A DNA stretch of 55,206 nucleotides from Chlamydiota bacterium (GCA_013288105.1 JABDCM010000004.1:1-55206); one strand, 5' to 3'; positions 1-9,740 are shown, numbered from the stretch's first letter. Notes: generated by a model not told the origin, from the sequence alone. Numbers and translations: made by a program.

Positions 1-312
1 GGATGCTCTTTTGTGCATTGGCTCTTTGGGAACAAAGCAGGCTATCAGCTTTTAACATATACAGATCAAGATATGCGAGCCATTGGGGAATTTCCCTCTT
101 CTATGGAAGTTCTAGTCATTGCAGGTAATAAGGGGAGGGGTTTTTTACGAAACTGGTTGCGCGATCCTCATGATGGGAAAGTAACGGTTGCTGAAACCCA
201 TCTTTCAACTCCTCATTTACATTATACTTTGTATGTCAGCCACTTTTGGATTATGAAAAGTAAAGAGACCATCTATATATTCCATCAATTTCTCTCCATT
301 CCTAAAAAATAG
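1..312 (+). CDS. Alpha/beta hydrolase (lipase/esterase-like), 5'-truncated by window edge
   Basis: Frame 1 is open from base 1 (GCSFVHWLFG...). VLVIAG, HDGKVTVAETHL and VSHFWI align with the C-terminal half of the next gene. Confidence 0.75.
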   Translation, partial: GCSFVHWLFGNKAGYQLLTYTDQDMRAIGEFPSSMEVLVIAGNKGRGFLRNWLRDPHDGKVTVAETHLSTPHLHYTLYVSHFWIMKSKETIYIFHQFLSIPKK

Positions 313-370
313 TTTGAGTATCTCATCCATTCTGCTATAAGAAGGCTCTTTTTACGGAGTCTGATTTTAG

Positions 371-1084
371 ATGAAAAAGTGGTGGATACTTTTACTGATA
401 TGCTTCTCCTTAAACGGTCAAGAAGAAGAAGCGCAACCCAAAGCTCAACTCAGAGATCATTCTGTAGTCCTGATTCATGGATTCGTCTCTTCTGCTCAGA
501 GTATGATGCCGATTAGAAAAGCGTTAACATGCTTAGGATTTGAACAATATGTATGGGAATATCCGAGTCGTGATCAGACGATTCAAGAGCACGCCTGCAA
601 TCTCATTCCTATGCTTCAATATGTGGCCTCTTGTAAGCCTGGTGTCCCCATTAACTTTGTGACTCACTCTGTAGGCGCTCTTGTTTTACGGTGCGCTCTA
701 AATCTTTCTGGATGCCCTGTGGAGGCAAAAGAGGGGCGTATTGTACTGATTGCTCCTCCTAATCAGGGATCGAGTTTAGGACATAGATTCCGGAATTTTT
801 ATCCTGCATATCTCGTGATGGGGGACAAATCAGGAGCTCAGCTTTTAAATTTTGAGGCGCGAGATGTTGCCTGTTTGGGGAATTTTCCTGACAAAGCACA
901 ACTACTTGTTATTGCAGGATACAGAGGAAACACCCTCTTTTGCGCACCTAATGATGGCTGGATTACTGTGGAGGAGACTGCTTTGAATACCCCTTACCAA
1001 TTCCTCTCCTTTCCAGTCTCTCATGGAAGGCTCTTATCGACAGCTGCTGTCTTTTGTGCTATACGCGATTTTTTTCTTAGATAA
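371..1084 (+). CDS. Secreted alpha/beta hydrolase (lipase/esterase)
   Basis: Signal peptide; VVLIHG oxyanion motif, THSVG nucleophile elbow, APPNQGS, NDG and SH triad motifs. Confidence 0.85.
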   Translation: MKKWWILLLICFSLNGQEEEAQPKAQLRDHSVVLIHGFVSSAQSMMPIRKALTCLGFEQYVWEYPSRDQTIQEHACNLIPMLQYVASCKPGVPINFVTHSVGALVLRCALNLSGCPVEAKEGRIVLIAPPNQGSSLGHRFRNFYPAYLVMGDKSGAQLLNFEARDVACLGNFPDKAQLLVIAGYRGNTLFCAPNDGWITVEETALNTPYQFLSFPVSHGRLLSTAAVFCAIRDFFLR

Positions 1085-1100
1085 CCCAAAACTCAGGTTA
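1082..1100. repeat. Collapsed remnant of palindromic element family A
   Basis: TAACCCAAAACTCAGGTTA matches the family A terminus and begins at the stop codon of 371..1084. Confidence 0.7.
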
Positions 1101-1102
1101 AT

Positions 1103-1136
1103 AAAAAAAACTGATGCAAGAAACCTCTTGCATCAG
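1103..1136 (-). terminator. Rho-independent terminator of 1154..1786
   Basis: Perfect 11-bp stem CTGATGCAAGA/TCTTGCATCAG with 4-nt loop; A8 tract on + reads as a U tract on -. Confidence 0.8.
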
Positions 1137-1153
1137 CTCTTGATTTTACAGAT

Positions 1154-1786
1154 CTAGTTTTTCCAAACAGGATTTCTGTTATCATCGCGCAACATTAAAA
1201 TTGCACCATTTTTGTTGACCTCTTTTCCGATAAACATTTTCTCACCATTTGCTGTCATCGGGAATACAGTCACAACAACTTTATCACCTGTCATCAGCTT
1301 GATTCTCTGTTGCTCAATGTATTTTGCAGGTCCAAGCATGATTTTCACATCTTTTCCATCATCCGTTGTGACAACCAGTTGTAGATGCACTCCATTGGGA
1401 TATTGCATTCTATTTACTGTTTTTATAACCCCTTTAATTTTATCTACAGAGTGACCACGAAGAGCTTTTAGCTCTTGGCCATTCTCATCATAGAAAGTTC
1501 CTTTTCCATTAACTCTTTGTCCTGGAGCAGGAACGGGTTGATTAAAATCTCTCCAATCTGTTCCATTATTCATGTTCATCGATTGGCTATCATCTTGAAC
1601 TCTCTGATTATTGTAATATCTCCAATCTGTAGGCCCTCTGGTATGAGCAGAAGCCCCATTATTGGAAGAATTGGGAGCTGAACAGCGTCCATCTTTACAA
1701 TCAGCTGACAACTTACCTAAAGAAAGAGAGAGCACGCAAGATGCGATAATTGTGCTCATAATATATAATTTTTTCTTGCTCAACAT
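1154..1786 (-). CDS. Exported protein with C-terminal OB-fold-like domain (MamS/MamX-like family)
   Basis: Signal peptide, low-complexity linker, then GVHL...LGPAKYI...GDKVVV...LRDDNRNPVW. Confidence 0.65.
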   Translation of the reverse strand: MLSKKKLYIMSTIIASCVLSLSLGKLSADCKDGRCSAPNSSNNGASAHTRGPTDWRYYNNQRVQDDSQSMNMNNGTDWRDFNQPVPAPGQRVNGKGTFYDENGQELKALRGHSVDKIKGVIKTVNRMQYPNGVHLQLVVTTDDGKDVKIMLGPAKYIEQQRIKLMTGDKVVVTVFPMTANGEKMFIGKEVNKNGAILMLRDDNRNPVWKN

Positions 1787-1977
1787 AAAATAAACTCCTA
1801 CTAAATTGAGACCTTTAATTTAATAATATAACAAATCTTTTATTTAATATATTAAATTCTATCTCATTCTCTTTAATTAGGGAGAGAGAAATCGTAACTA
1901 ATTGAAAATCAAACTGAAAGGAATTGTGACATATTAAGTATAGATTATATATTAAATAAAATTATAAAATTTATTTA

Positions 1978-2310
1978 ATGAGATATCTTATTCTTTTTTT
2001 ATTTTTAATAACGACTATTGATGCGAGTCCATGTTGTAATGAAATCGATATGAGAGGGGAAGTTTTAAGTATACAGCAGTATACCTATGCAGATCGGGCG
2101 GCCTCTTATATTCAGGTGATTTTAAAGACGGCAAAAGAGGAGATTGCGGTTGATTTAGGATTGAAGAGCTATCTGAAATTCCAGGGCATGGTGATTGCGC
2201 CTCATGACAAGATTGAGGTGAAGGGGTGTTTAAAGAGCAGGCAAGGAGTGACGATTGTGGAGGGCGTTCAGATTAAGAAAGGGAAGCGCACGCTCACGAT
2301 AGCTGAGTAA
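1978..2310 (+). CDS. Exported OB-fold-like protein, divergent paralog of 1154..1786
   Basis: Signal peptide; VDLGLKSYL...HDKIEVKG...IKKGKRTLTI aligns with the neighbour's C-terminal domain. Confidence 0.6.
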   Translation: MRYLILFLFLITTIDASPCCNEIDMRGEVLSIQQYTYADRAASYIQVILKTAKEEIAVDLGLKSYLKFQGMVIAPHDKIEVKGCLKSRQGVTIVEGVQIKKGKRTLTIAE

Positions 2311-3370
2311 ATAGACGAGTAAAATTCTCCTCAGAGTGAAATGCAGCATAAGCACTCTGCATTTTCCGCAATTTTTCATACACTATAGGCAACTGAATCA
2401 AAGCAAAGAGATGAGAAAAAAATTGGGGATCCTCCCAATCCACAATCAGCTCCTGAAGATGAAATTTCTCTAACTCATCAGCAAGCCATCCCCCCTTCAC
2501 TAAGGGGATCTTTCCCGCCATAATCGTCTCAACAAAAATACCAGAGGTACGCCATTTATATTGGTGCGGATCATAAGGAAGAAGGACGATATCACTTTTC
2601 TTAAGAAGCTCAAAATAGAATTCCTTAGATAAAACAGATTGACGAAAAGAGAGTTTGATTCCATTTCTAATCGGAAAAAGGGGGGTTTCTTCTGAAAGAT
2701 TAAGCGTAATATGTTCTGATCGATCATCTTGGATTTGTAATAACTGAGAAATTTCTCTCATCCCCTTTTCTTCTCGCGGAGAGCCTGGCCAGATACAGAT
2801 CAGCTCTTTTTTCATTCTGAGATCCTGTATAGGATAAAAAAACGTATGAGGAATCGGCAGTAGATGAGGTCTTCTCTTTAAAAGTCCCTCGTAATAAGGG
2901 AGTAGTTTTTCACTATCTGTCAAGGGAACCAGATGAGCGCCAAATTTCCATCTCAACAATCTTGTGAAAAAACGAAAAACTCCTGCATCTTTCTTATTTC
3001 TCAATGAGGGGTCATCTCGATATACAATCCAGAGATAATCCTCTTTTTTCCCATGAAGAAGAGCAGCTAATGCAAAAGCTCTAAACTCTCTTCTTCCAAA
3101 AGATTCAAAAAAAAAGATCCTTTTCCCCCCCTTTTTATCCAGAAATAACCGCTTACAATCACTCTGGAAGAGCTTTTTGTATTGATTGGAATAGGGATGA
3201 AACCAGCGAACCCATTGATCAGGCAGAGAGGCTAAAGAAGAGGCGAGAGGTGCATAAACAAAAACCTCTTTCGCGAGATTCTGAGCCGCTTTTTGCACAA
3301 CCAGATGGTAATGAAAGGTGTGACCCCCCTCATCAAGAGCACGTTGCGCAATTGAATAAAAACTTGTCAT
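2294..3370 (-). CDS. Putative GT-B glycosyltransferase
   Basis: GSPREEKG and SDIVLLPY...TSGIFVE...GKIP motifs. Confidence 0.7.
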   Translation of the reverse strand: MTSFYSIAQRALDEGGHTFHYHLVVQKAAQNLAKEVFVYAPLASSLASLPDQWVRWFHPYSNQYKKLFQSDCKRLFLDKKGGKRIFFFESFGRREFRAFALAALLHGKKEDYLWIVYRDDPSLRNKKDAGVFRFFTRLLRWKFGAHLVPLTDSEKLLPYYEGLLKRRPHLLPIPHTFFYPIQDLRMKKELICIWPGSPREEKGMREISQLLQIQDDRSEHITLNLSEETPLFPIRNGIKLSFRQSVLSKEFYFELLKKSDIVLLPYDPHQYKWRTSGIFVETIMAGKIPLVKGGWLADELEKFHLQELIVDWEDPQFFSHLFALIQLPIVYEKLRKMQSAYAAFHSEENFTRLFTQLS

Positions 3371-3438
3371 AAACCTTGCCCCTATTTTGCAAAAAGTCTA
3401 AATTTATACGCTTCAAAAAGAAAGATAATTGTTTTTTC

Positions 3439-4596
3439 ATGAACCAAATAGTCGATATTATCATCATAGGAGGGGGAGCCGCTGGTATCTTCGCTGCCAT
3501 TCAGGCTAAAATCGCACACCCCTCTTTAAAAGTCATTGTTCTGGAAAAAACAGCTGTTGTACTCTCAAAAGTAAGAGTGTCAGGAGGAGGGCGTTGTAAC
3601 GTGACTCACGCCTGTTTCGACCCTCCTATCCTTGTGCAAAATTATCCCAGAGGACACAAAGAGCTTCTCGCCCCTTTTTACTCTTTTCAGCCCCAAGACA
3701 CGATAGATTGGTTTGAATCCAAGGGAGTACAACTAAAAATCGAGCCAGATGGACGGGTCTTTCCTATTTCAAACTCCTCAGAAACAATCATTTCATGCCT
3801 TCTTACTGAGGCTGCTAACCTCGGAGTTGAGATACGATTAAGGCAAAAAATAGAAGATATCCTCTATGCAAGGGAGCAGTTTGAAATCCTGCTCGAGGGC
3901 CATTCTCTCATCGCTCCGCGCCTTCTTCTGGCTACAGGAAGCAGCAAGGAGGGGTATAGGTGGGCAGAAAGGCTAGGACACACGATTCAGCCCCCTGTCC
4001 CCTCTCTTTTTACCTTTAATGTCCCCTCCTCCCCTTTACGTGAGCTCAGCGGCATTGTCATCAACCCGGTTGAGGTTAAGCTCGCTGGCACTCACTTTAC
4101 GCAACAGGGGCCCCTCCTTATCACCCATTTTGGCTTTAGTGGACCTGCTATCCTAAAACTCTCTGCCTGGGGAGCACGTCACCTATACCATAAGAACTAT
4201 CAGACAGAAATCACCATTAACTGGCTCCCCTCCCTCTCTCAAAAAGAGCTCCTTAATACCCTCCTCTCCTCCCCATTAAACCCCTTTTCCCTACCTAAAA
4301 ATTTTTGGAAACTCATGATAGCTGGACTAAGCAGAAATAGTAAAAAAAATTTGAATTTGCTCTCAGAAAGATTGCATGCTGACCGGTATCTCATTCAGGG
4401 AAAAACAACTCATAAGGAGGAATTTGTCACCTGTGGAGGAATTTCTTTACAAGAGATCAATTTTAAGACGATGCAGAGTAAATGCTGTCCGGGGCTCTAT
4501 TTTGCGGGGGAGATTTTGGATATAGACGGGATAACCGGGGGTTTTAATTTTCAGAATTGTTGGACAAATGGGTCTATTTTTGCCAAAAATTTATAA
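3439..4596 (+). CDS. HI0933/YhiN (BaiN-like) flavoprotein
   Basis: IIGGGAAG, SGGGRCNVT, THFGFSGP, VTCGGI and GEILDIDGITGGFNFQ motifs; ATG at 3439 preferred to the upstream TTG. Confidence 0.92.
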   Translation: MNQIVDIIIIGGGAAGIFAAIQAKIAHPSLKVIVLEKTAVVLSKVRVSGGGRCNVTHACFDPPILVQNYPRGHKELLAPFYSFQPQDTIDWFESKGVQLKIEPDGRVFPISNSSETIISCLLTEAANLGVEIRLRQKIEDILYAREQFEILLEGHSLIAPRLLLATGSSKEGYRWAERLGHTIQPPVPSLFTFNVPSSPLRELSGIVINPVEVKLAGTHFTQQGPLLITHFGFSGPAILKLSAWGARHLYHKNYQTEITINWLPSLSQKELLNTLLSSPLNPFSLPKNFWKLMIAGLSRNSKKNLNLLSERLHADRYLIQGKTTHKEEFVTCGGISLQEINFKTMQSKCCPGLYFAGEILDIDGITGGFNFQNCWTNGSIFAKNL

Positions 4597-4661
4597 TTTA
4601 TTTATTTGAAGTTTAATGTGTTTTCATTCATAATTAATTAAAAACTAAAGGGTTTTAAATA

Positions 4662-6626
4662 ATGAGCGTTTTATCTACATGTACAGATAATCAGAAAGCA
4701 CGGTTGGAGATTTTTGCCCAGCAAACTCGTGATAAACTGTCCTCTTTCCCTTATGCTGAACTTCCAAAGCTTCAATCTGATGGGACATTTTGTGGGAATT
4801 TTTTAGCAGGAGCGCGCAAAATTAGAGCGGCTTGGGATCATGGAAGTCATGCGGTTGTGAGTAAACTTGCAACTCCCAGCTTGATATTAGGGGTTATTTT
4901 CACACTTATTGCAACGGCTGGCTGTATTTCTGTAATTTCTGGGTGGAAGGTCCCCGGTATCTCTATCTTTTTAGATAATATGCCCATGTCTGTTATCCTC
5001 TTTTTGACCATTATGCGTACCGGTCTTCACTCGATTGCTCAAGGGGTAAAACTCAGCCTGCGCTGTAGCCGTCAATATCACAATGTGACACGGGAAGACC
5101 GCATGTTCAATATCACACGCCATGTCTATAACTTAGAAGATCCTCAACCTCCCCTCTCACCAGCTGAAAAACATCGGTTAGATGAGGTCAGAAGATTGAA
5201 TGCGGTTGCGTTACCCGAGCACGATCTAAAATGTCATCATCGCATTCCTAACGTCCCTTATGGAAATAATGTAGGCGACCTCTTTCCTGCAGGAGAGAAA
5301 ACGACCGCCTTCAGAAAGGAATTATTAGGAATTGAAGATCCTCAACAACCTCAACCAGAAGCATCTAAAGTAAGCCCCTTCTGGGATCAATGGTATGATT
5401 GGTGGGAAAAACGGCTACCCGCTCTAGGAGCGCTTGATATTGCGCTTGGTCAGATTATGTTAATTACAGGGATTTCTGTGGTTGTTTTAGCCTCTCTTCC
5501 AAGTGGAAAAATTCCAGCTGTTCTCTCCATCATCTCTAAAGATCCCTATCTTTCTGTCGCTTTTGCTGCCACCCTGATTGGGAATTGGATCAACTGTACA
5601 AAGTCTGGAATTGATATGATGAATTTCAAAAAACGGCGGATGAAACGGGAGCTGATGGATCGGGAGCTCCAGCTCATAGCTTTTGGACTCGAGCGCGCAC
5701 GCGTCAGAAAGGCTATGGAGAATATGCTTGCAGACCAATGCTTTAGTGATGCTCAAAAGGGACAGATTCGCGCCACCTTTGAGAACCATTTTGGAGATGG
5801 CGTTGTTAAGGAAGCCCTTGACGCAATGGAGAAACTAAAAGTAGCTTTAGAAAAAACAGAAGATAAAACGTGTGGCTGTTTTAAAAAACTCAGCTCCTAT
5901 TTCTCGAATCCCTCGATTGTGGTTGGGATTTTCCTGATTCTTCTAGGGGTTGCTTGCTTTACGATAGGAATGTTAGGCTCTCCCCCACCCTATCTTCAAA
6001 TCTTATTTAAAAACACCCCTTTGACGATTTTCTTTAGTGGAACTTTGATCGTTTCAGGCCTCCATGCATGGCATAGAGGAGCGAGCATGGGTAGAAAAGA
6101 GGTGAAGAAAGATTGGAAAAAAAGAGAGGCCACCTATAGAGATCTCTTCCTTGTGAACCTCTTTCCACAACTTGCAACTACCGCATATTTTAAAACAAAA
6201 ACTGGAAATATCGAGCGTCCACAGCTTCCACAGAAGCCACTGAAAACAGTTAATCGCTGGAATGCTTTCTGGATTCACTCCTTAAAAGTCACCTGCATTC
6301 CTGATGCCCTCTTAGGACTCTTTTTCCTATTTGGTGGATGTGCGGGACTTGCCATGTGCTTTGGAGCCCCTGTCCCTGCCAGCTTAAGCTGGATTTTGCG
6401 AGAACCCTCCTTCTCTGCCCTCTTCTGCTTTGGGCTTTTAGGGGTTGCGGCCGACTGTGCAAACTCCGCATGGCGCCAGCTTTCAGATAAAGCTCGAGAG
6501 AATGCAGACAGAAAAATGCCAGATGAACTTGGGGTTGCGTACCATAGCTTTTACCCTGAAGAAAACCGCCCTGCATGGTTACCGAAACCATGGGCATCAA
6601 CAGTAGAAATGGATGCTGTAGCTTAA
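4662..6626 (+). CDS. Putative inclusion-membrane (Inc-like) protein with four bilobed hydrophobic segments
   Basis: Four long hydrophobic hairpins separated by charged or coiled regions; no Sec signal peptide. Confidence 0.55.
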   Translation: MSVLSTCTDNQKARLEIFAQQTRDKLSSFPYAELPKLQSDGTFCGNFLAGARKIRAAWDHGSHAVVSKLATPSLILGVIFTLIATAGCISVISGWKVPGISIFLDNMPMSVILFLTIMRTGLHSIAQGVKLSLRCSRQYHNVTREDRMFNITRHVYNLEDPQPPLSPAEKHRLDEVRRLNAVALPEHDLKCHHRIPNVPYGNNVGDLFPAGEKTTAFRKELLGIEDPQQPQPEASKVSPFWDQWYDWWEKRLPALGALDIALGQIMLITGISVVVLASLPSGKIPAVLSIISKDPYLSVAFAATLIGNWINCTKSGIDMMNFKKRRMKRELMDRELQLIAFGLERARVRKAMENMLADQCFSDAQKGQIRATFENHFGDGVVKEALDAMEKLKVALEKTEDKTCGCFKKLSSYFSNPSIVVGIFLILLGVACFTIGMLGSPPPYLQILFKNTPLTIFFSGTLIVSGLHAWHRGASMGRKEVKKDWKKREATYRDLFLVNLFPQLATTAYFKTKTGNIERPQLPQKPLKTVNRWNAFWIHSLKVTCIPDALLGLFFLFGGCAGLAMCFGAPVPASLSWILREPSFSALFCFGLLGVAADCANSAWRQLSDKARENADRKMPDELGVAYHSFYPEENRPAWLPKPWASTVEMDAVA

Positions 6627-6631
6627 AAAGA

Positions 6632-6660
6632 AAATCCCCTCTCAGAAAGAGAGGGGATTT
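6632..6660. terminator. Bidirectional terminator
   Basis: AAATCCCCTCTC/GAGAGGGGATTT 12-bp stem between convergent genes. Confidence 0.85.
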
Positions 6661-6667
6661 AGACTAA

Positions 6668-6979
6668 CTAGAAACGTTGTCTATTTGATTGGCCGCCTCT
6701 GCCGCCGCCGCCCGCACCACCGCCGAATGGACGGTTGTTCTCTTTTGGACGTGCTTCGTTAACGATGATTGCACCTTTGCCGATAACTTTTTTATCTAAA
6801 GCCATTGCAGCATTACCCTCATCTTTAGAGCTCATTTCGACAAATCCAAAACCTTTGGATCTACCTGTTTCTCTATCGATAATCATTTTAGCGCTAATCA
6901 CTGTACCATATGGAACGAACAGCTCTTTCAGATCTTCGTCTGAAAAGCCTGGGGGCAAATTGCCTACATAAAGTTTCAT
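6668..6979 (-). CDS. RRM (RNP-1) RNA-binding protein with Gly-rich tail
   Basis: KLYVGNL (RNP2) and KGFGFVEM (RNP1); AGGAGA RBS before the ATG at 6979. Confidence 0.95.
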   Translation of the reverse strand: MKLYVGNLPPGFSDEDLKELFVPYGTVISAKMIIDRETGRSKGFGFVEMSSKDEGNAAMALDKKVIGKGAIIVNEARPKENNRPFGGGAGGGGRGGQSNRQRF

Positions 6980-7264
6980 TTTATTCTCCTTTTGTCTCTC
7001 GGTGTACTTTATGCAACAACTGACCATGCTGGAAAGGCTTTGCAAAAAACAACCTAATAGAAACTGATTTCTTATTCTTTTGGAACTAAATCTTATGAAA
7101 GTGTTCGCAAAATTACCATGTATTTAACAGGAAAGAACTTTGCAACTCAAGAGTAAAAAATAAACTATGCGAAAAATTTTCTTAAGTTGCTGATTATCAA
7201 TTAATCTATGATATGTCAATAAAAACCTTTGACTCTATTTTTCTCCCCCTCGTACAATAAGGAC

Positions 7265-7417
7265 ATGTCATATTTATCTCATCCACTTTTCATTCCCTTA
7301 ATTACATTGATTGCGGGCCTTATTATTTTGGTTTTTCCTCGGGTCCTTAATTTTATTGTAGCAATCTATTTAATTATTGTTGGATTATTAGGTCTTCTTA
7401 GTTATTTCAAGGGATAA
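7265..7417 (+). CDS. DUF3096-like small membrane protein
   Basis: LIAGLIILVFPRVLNFIVAIYLIIVG signature. Confidence 0.8.
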   Translation: MSYLSHPLFIPLITLIAGLIILVFPRVLNFIVAIYLIIVGLLGLLSYFKG

Positions 7418-7434
7418 ACCTATAGGTTCCAAAC

Positions 7435-8052
7435 TTGGATTGTCTACCTTCAAATGATACGCTCTCATTCTGGCTATTGCATTATGGGGGTTTTGCCCTT
7501 TTTGGCCTACTTGCCTTAGGGATCATAGCGCTTCCGATTCCCGAAGAGACGCTTATGATTTTGACAGGGATTTTGTTACGTAATGGGAAGCTCTATTTTC
7601 CCACAACTATTTTAGCAACCTATTTTGGTTGTCTTACAGGCATTACCCTTAGTTATTTATTAGGAAGAACGGCTGGCAAATTTTTGTTAAGAAAATATGG
7701 CAGTTGGATAGGTATTACAGAGAAGAGGCTTGAGCAGACTCACCTTTGGTTTCAAAGATTTGGGAAATGGACGCTGGCGTTTGGCTATTTTATACCTGGG
7801 GTACGCCATTTCACAGGATTTTCTGCAGGAATGACCTATCTTGAGTTTAAAAAGTTTGCCCTATTTGCTTATACGGGGGCTTTTGTCTGGATGTCGCTCT
7901 TTCTTTCGATTGGCTATTTTGCTGGGGAGTACTGCCGTTCACTTTATGAAACCGTTGAGATTAATTTAGAAACGGTTGCTCTGATCATTATTCTGATTGC
8001 TGTATGTGGTATGCTGATTGTGCTTAAACGCACGCTTAAGGGCAAAAAGTAA
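7435..8052 (+). CDS. DedA family membrane protein
   Basis: LPIPEET, YLLGR and FIPGVRH motifs. Confidence 0.92.
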   Translation: MDCLPSNDTLSFWLLHYGGFALFGLLALGIIALPIPEETLMILTGILLRNGKLYFPTTILATYFGCLTGITLSYLLGRTAGKFLLRKYGSWIGITEKRLEQTHLWFQRFGKWTLAFGYFIPGVRHFTGFSAGMTYLEFKKFALFAYTGAFVWMSLFLSIGYFAGEYCRSLYETVEINLETVALIIILIAVCGMLIVLKRTLKGKK

Positions 8053-8061
8053 CTACGAACC

Positions 8062-8092
8062 TTTTGGGTTTTTCTCCCTCAAATTCAGGTTA
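8062..8092. repeat. Short form of palindromic element family A
   Basis: Reverse complement is TAACCTGAATTTGAGGGAGAAAAACCCAAAA; its TAA is the stop codon of the gene ending at 8090. Confidence 0.8.
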
Positions 8093-8779
8093 CAAAGGCT
8101 CTATTTGAAGAGTCACCTGAGCGATATAAAATTTAGTTCTGCTCTCATATCCTGAATCTGTTCCCAGAAAAATCCATATCTCCCCTTGAGAGTTGCTTTT
8201 AACCACAAAGAGATTTTTAGGGGCGTATAATTTAGGTAGATAGAGGCGATGGTGAGGATCAACCTCCTCATGTGCCAGAGTTCCGACGACAAGGCTATTC
8301 TTCCCCCCCTCTGACTGATCCCCCTTATCTACACTCAACTGGTAGAAACCATGAACGGCTATTTTTTCAGGTTTTTCAGTGGAGGCACCTATTTTCAAAT
8401 AGACACTCTCCCCTTCCGATCCCCCGACGCCAAAGGTGTCTGTAGGAATATTACTTTCAATAAGAACGGAGAGGTTGAGTAGATATTCTGTATCAGGTTT
8501 TAGGTTCTCCATCTTGCGACGGACGAACATAAAGAGATCATCGCTGTGGTTGTTTCCTGAGAGAAAAAGCCCCTTTTCCAGAGATTCTGGTTCCGTAAGT
8601 TTTGTAGGTAGATTCTCCCATCCCCAGGCAAGCTCATAAAAAGACTCTCCGCCTACAGGATAGTCAGAGAAGTCCCCCTCCCATCCTGCCGTATCCGAAG
8701 AAAAGGTGAAATCTATCGCAAGACAGAACTTACAAGGCAGAAGGAGGAAGAGTAGATAGAGGCTAATCCTCTTCTTCAT
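8090..8779 (-). CDS. Conserved exported hypothetical protein
   Basis: Signal peptide MKKRISLYLLF... from the ATG at 8779; GWEGDFSDYP and SGNNHSDDLFMF motifs. Confidence 0.7.
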   Translation of the reverse strand: MKKRISLYLLFLLLPCKFCLAIDFTFSSDTAGWEGDFSDYPVGGESFYELAWGWENLPTKLTEPESLEKGLFLSGNNHSDDLFMFVRRKMENLKPDTEYLLNLSVLIESNIPTDTFGVGGSEGESVYLKIGASTEKPEKIAVHGFYQLSVDKGDQSEGGKNSLVVGTLAHEEVDPHHRLYLPKLYAPKNLFVVKSNSQGEIWIFLGTDSGYESRTKFYIAQVTLQIEPL

Positions 8780-9083
8780 CAAACTCCTCATCCTCATCAA
8801 AATCCTCATCATCTTCCATTTCGTATGAGAAAAAATCCTCCCAAAGAAAATTAAGGAAGTTGAGATAGGCTCCCAGATCAATTCTTTCGCGTTCATTTAA
8901 TTTAGTAAAGTCGGGTGCTTTTGCAATTTTTTCTTCTAAGATCTGAACGACTTTCAAAATTAAGGTACTTGATTCACGAGCGGTTGGATCTTCTTTAATT
9001 TCTGCGTCAATATCTGTTCTAGCTCCGGCTAGAAATTCTTTAACTTCTTGTAGAGTTGGGAGTTGAATTAAAGCTTCGCTCAT
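8763..9083 (-). CDS. Hypothetical protein with acidic C-terminal tail
   Basis: 106-aa ORF downstream of the tRNAs with an AGGA RBS and a D/E-rich tail. Confidence 0.7.
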   Translation of the reverse strand: MSEALIQLPTLQEVKEFLAGARTDIDAEIKEDPTARESSTLILKVVQILEEKIAKAPDFTKLNERERIDLGAYLNFLNFLWEDFFSYEMEDDEDFDEDEEFDEEED

Positions 9084-9117
9084 GATTCTTCCTAAGAGTT
9101 GTTATTTTAAAATGAAT

Positions 9118-9200
9118 TGGGGGTGGTTAGATTCGAACTAACGTAGGCCGGAGCCGTCGGATTTACAGTCCAATGCAATTGGCCGCTATGCGACACCCCC
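9118..9200 (-). tRNA. tRNA-Tyr(GTA)
   Basis: GGGGGTG/CACCCCC acceptor stem, anticodon loop CTGTAAA, long variable arm, TTCGAAT T-loop. Confidence 0.95.
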
Positions 9201-9210
9201 AAATAAAATA

Positions 9211-9282
9211 TGCTGGAGAAAGGAGTTGAACCCTCAACCGTCCGATTACAAATCGGATGCTCTGCCATTGAGCTACTCCAGC
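9211..9282 (-). tRNA. tRNA-Thr(TGT)
   Basis: GCTGGAG/CTCCAGC acceptor stem, anticodon loop TTTGTAA, GGTTCAACTCC. Confidence 0.95.
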
Positions 9283-9317
9283 GACGGCTACACGTTATAG
9301 CAAACTCTCGCCTTTAT

Positions 9318-9740
9318 CTACAAGCCCTTCTCTTTATCATTTTTTTCGACTTGAAAATCTTTCTCGGTAGGCCTAAAAATAGTCTCCAAAGGCAAACTCC
9401 CCCCCTCTCTCTCTTGGGGTTTCTCATCCTCCACAGCTCCCCCTTCTACCGCCTCCTTTCGCTCCGCTTCCTGCTGCGATAAACGAAAATCATGCTCCGT
9501 CTTCCTAAATTTTAACCTCTCTAATGCTCCAGGCTCAGATGCAGACTGACTCATCTCTGCTCCAAAAAAAGGCTGCGTAGATGTATCTAACTTAATTACT
9601 TTTGCTTTAAATTTTCTCTTGCCAGAGGGGGTATATTTAGCTGCATGATTAGCTGTTCCCTCCTGTAACATATGGCACTGTTTATATTTCTTCCCAGAGC
9701 CACAGGGACAGAGCTCATTTCTACCAGGTTTTTTATTCAT
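9318..9740 (-). CDS. SEC-C zinc-binding motif protein
   Basis: N-terminal GRNELCPCGSGKKYKQCH. Confidence 0.9.
   Translation of the reverse strand: MNKKPGRNELCPCGSGKKYKQCHMLQEGTANHAAKYTPSGKRKFKAKVIKLDTSTQPFFGAEMSQSASEPGALERLKFRKTEHDFRLSQQEAERKEAVEGGAVEDEKPQEREGGSLPLETIFRPTEKDFQVEKNDKEKGL

Noticed and set aside
1154-2310. Magnetosome genes
   Set aside because: Only the generic OB-fold-like domain resembles MamS/MamX; there are no CXXCH magnetochrome motifs or other mam genes.
9210-9482. 90-aa ORF
   Set aside because: Antisense shadow of tRNA-Thr and the SEC-C gene.
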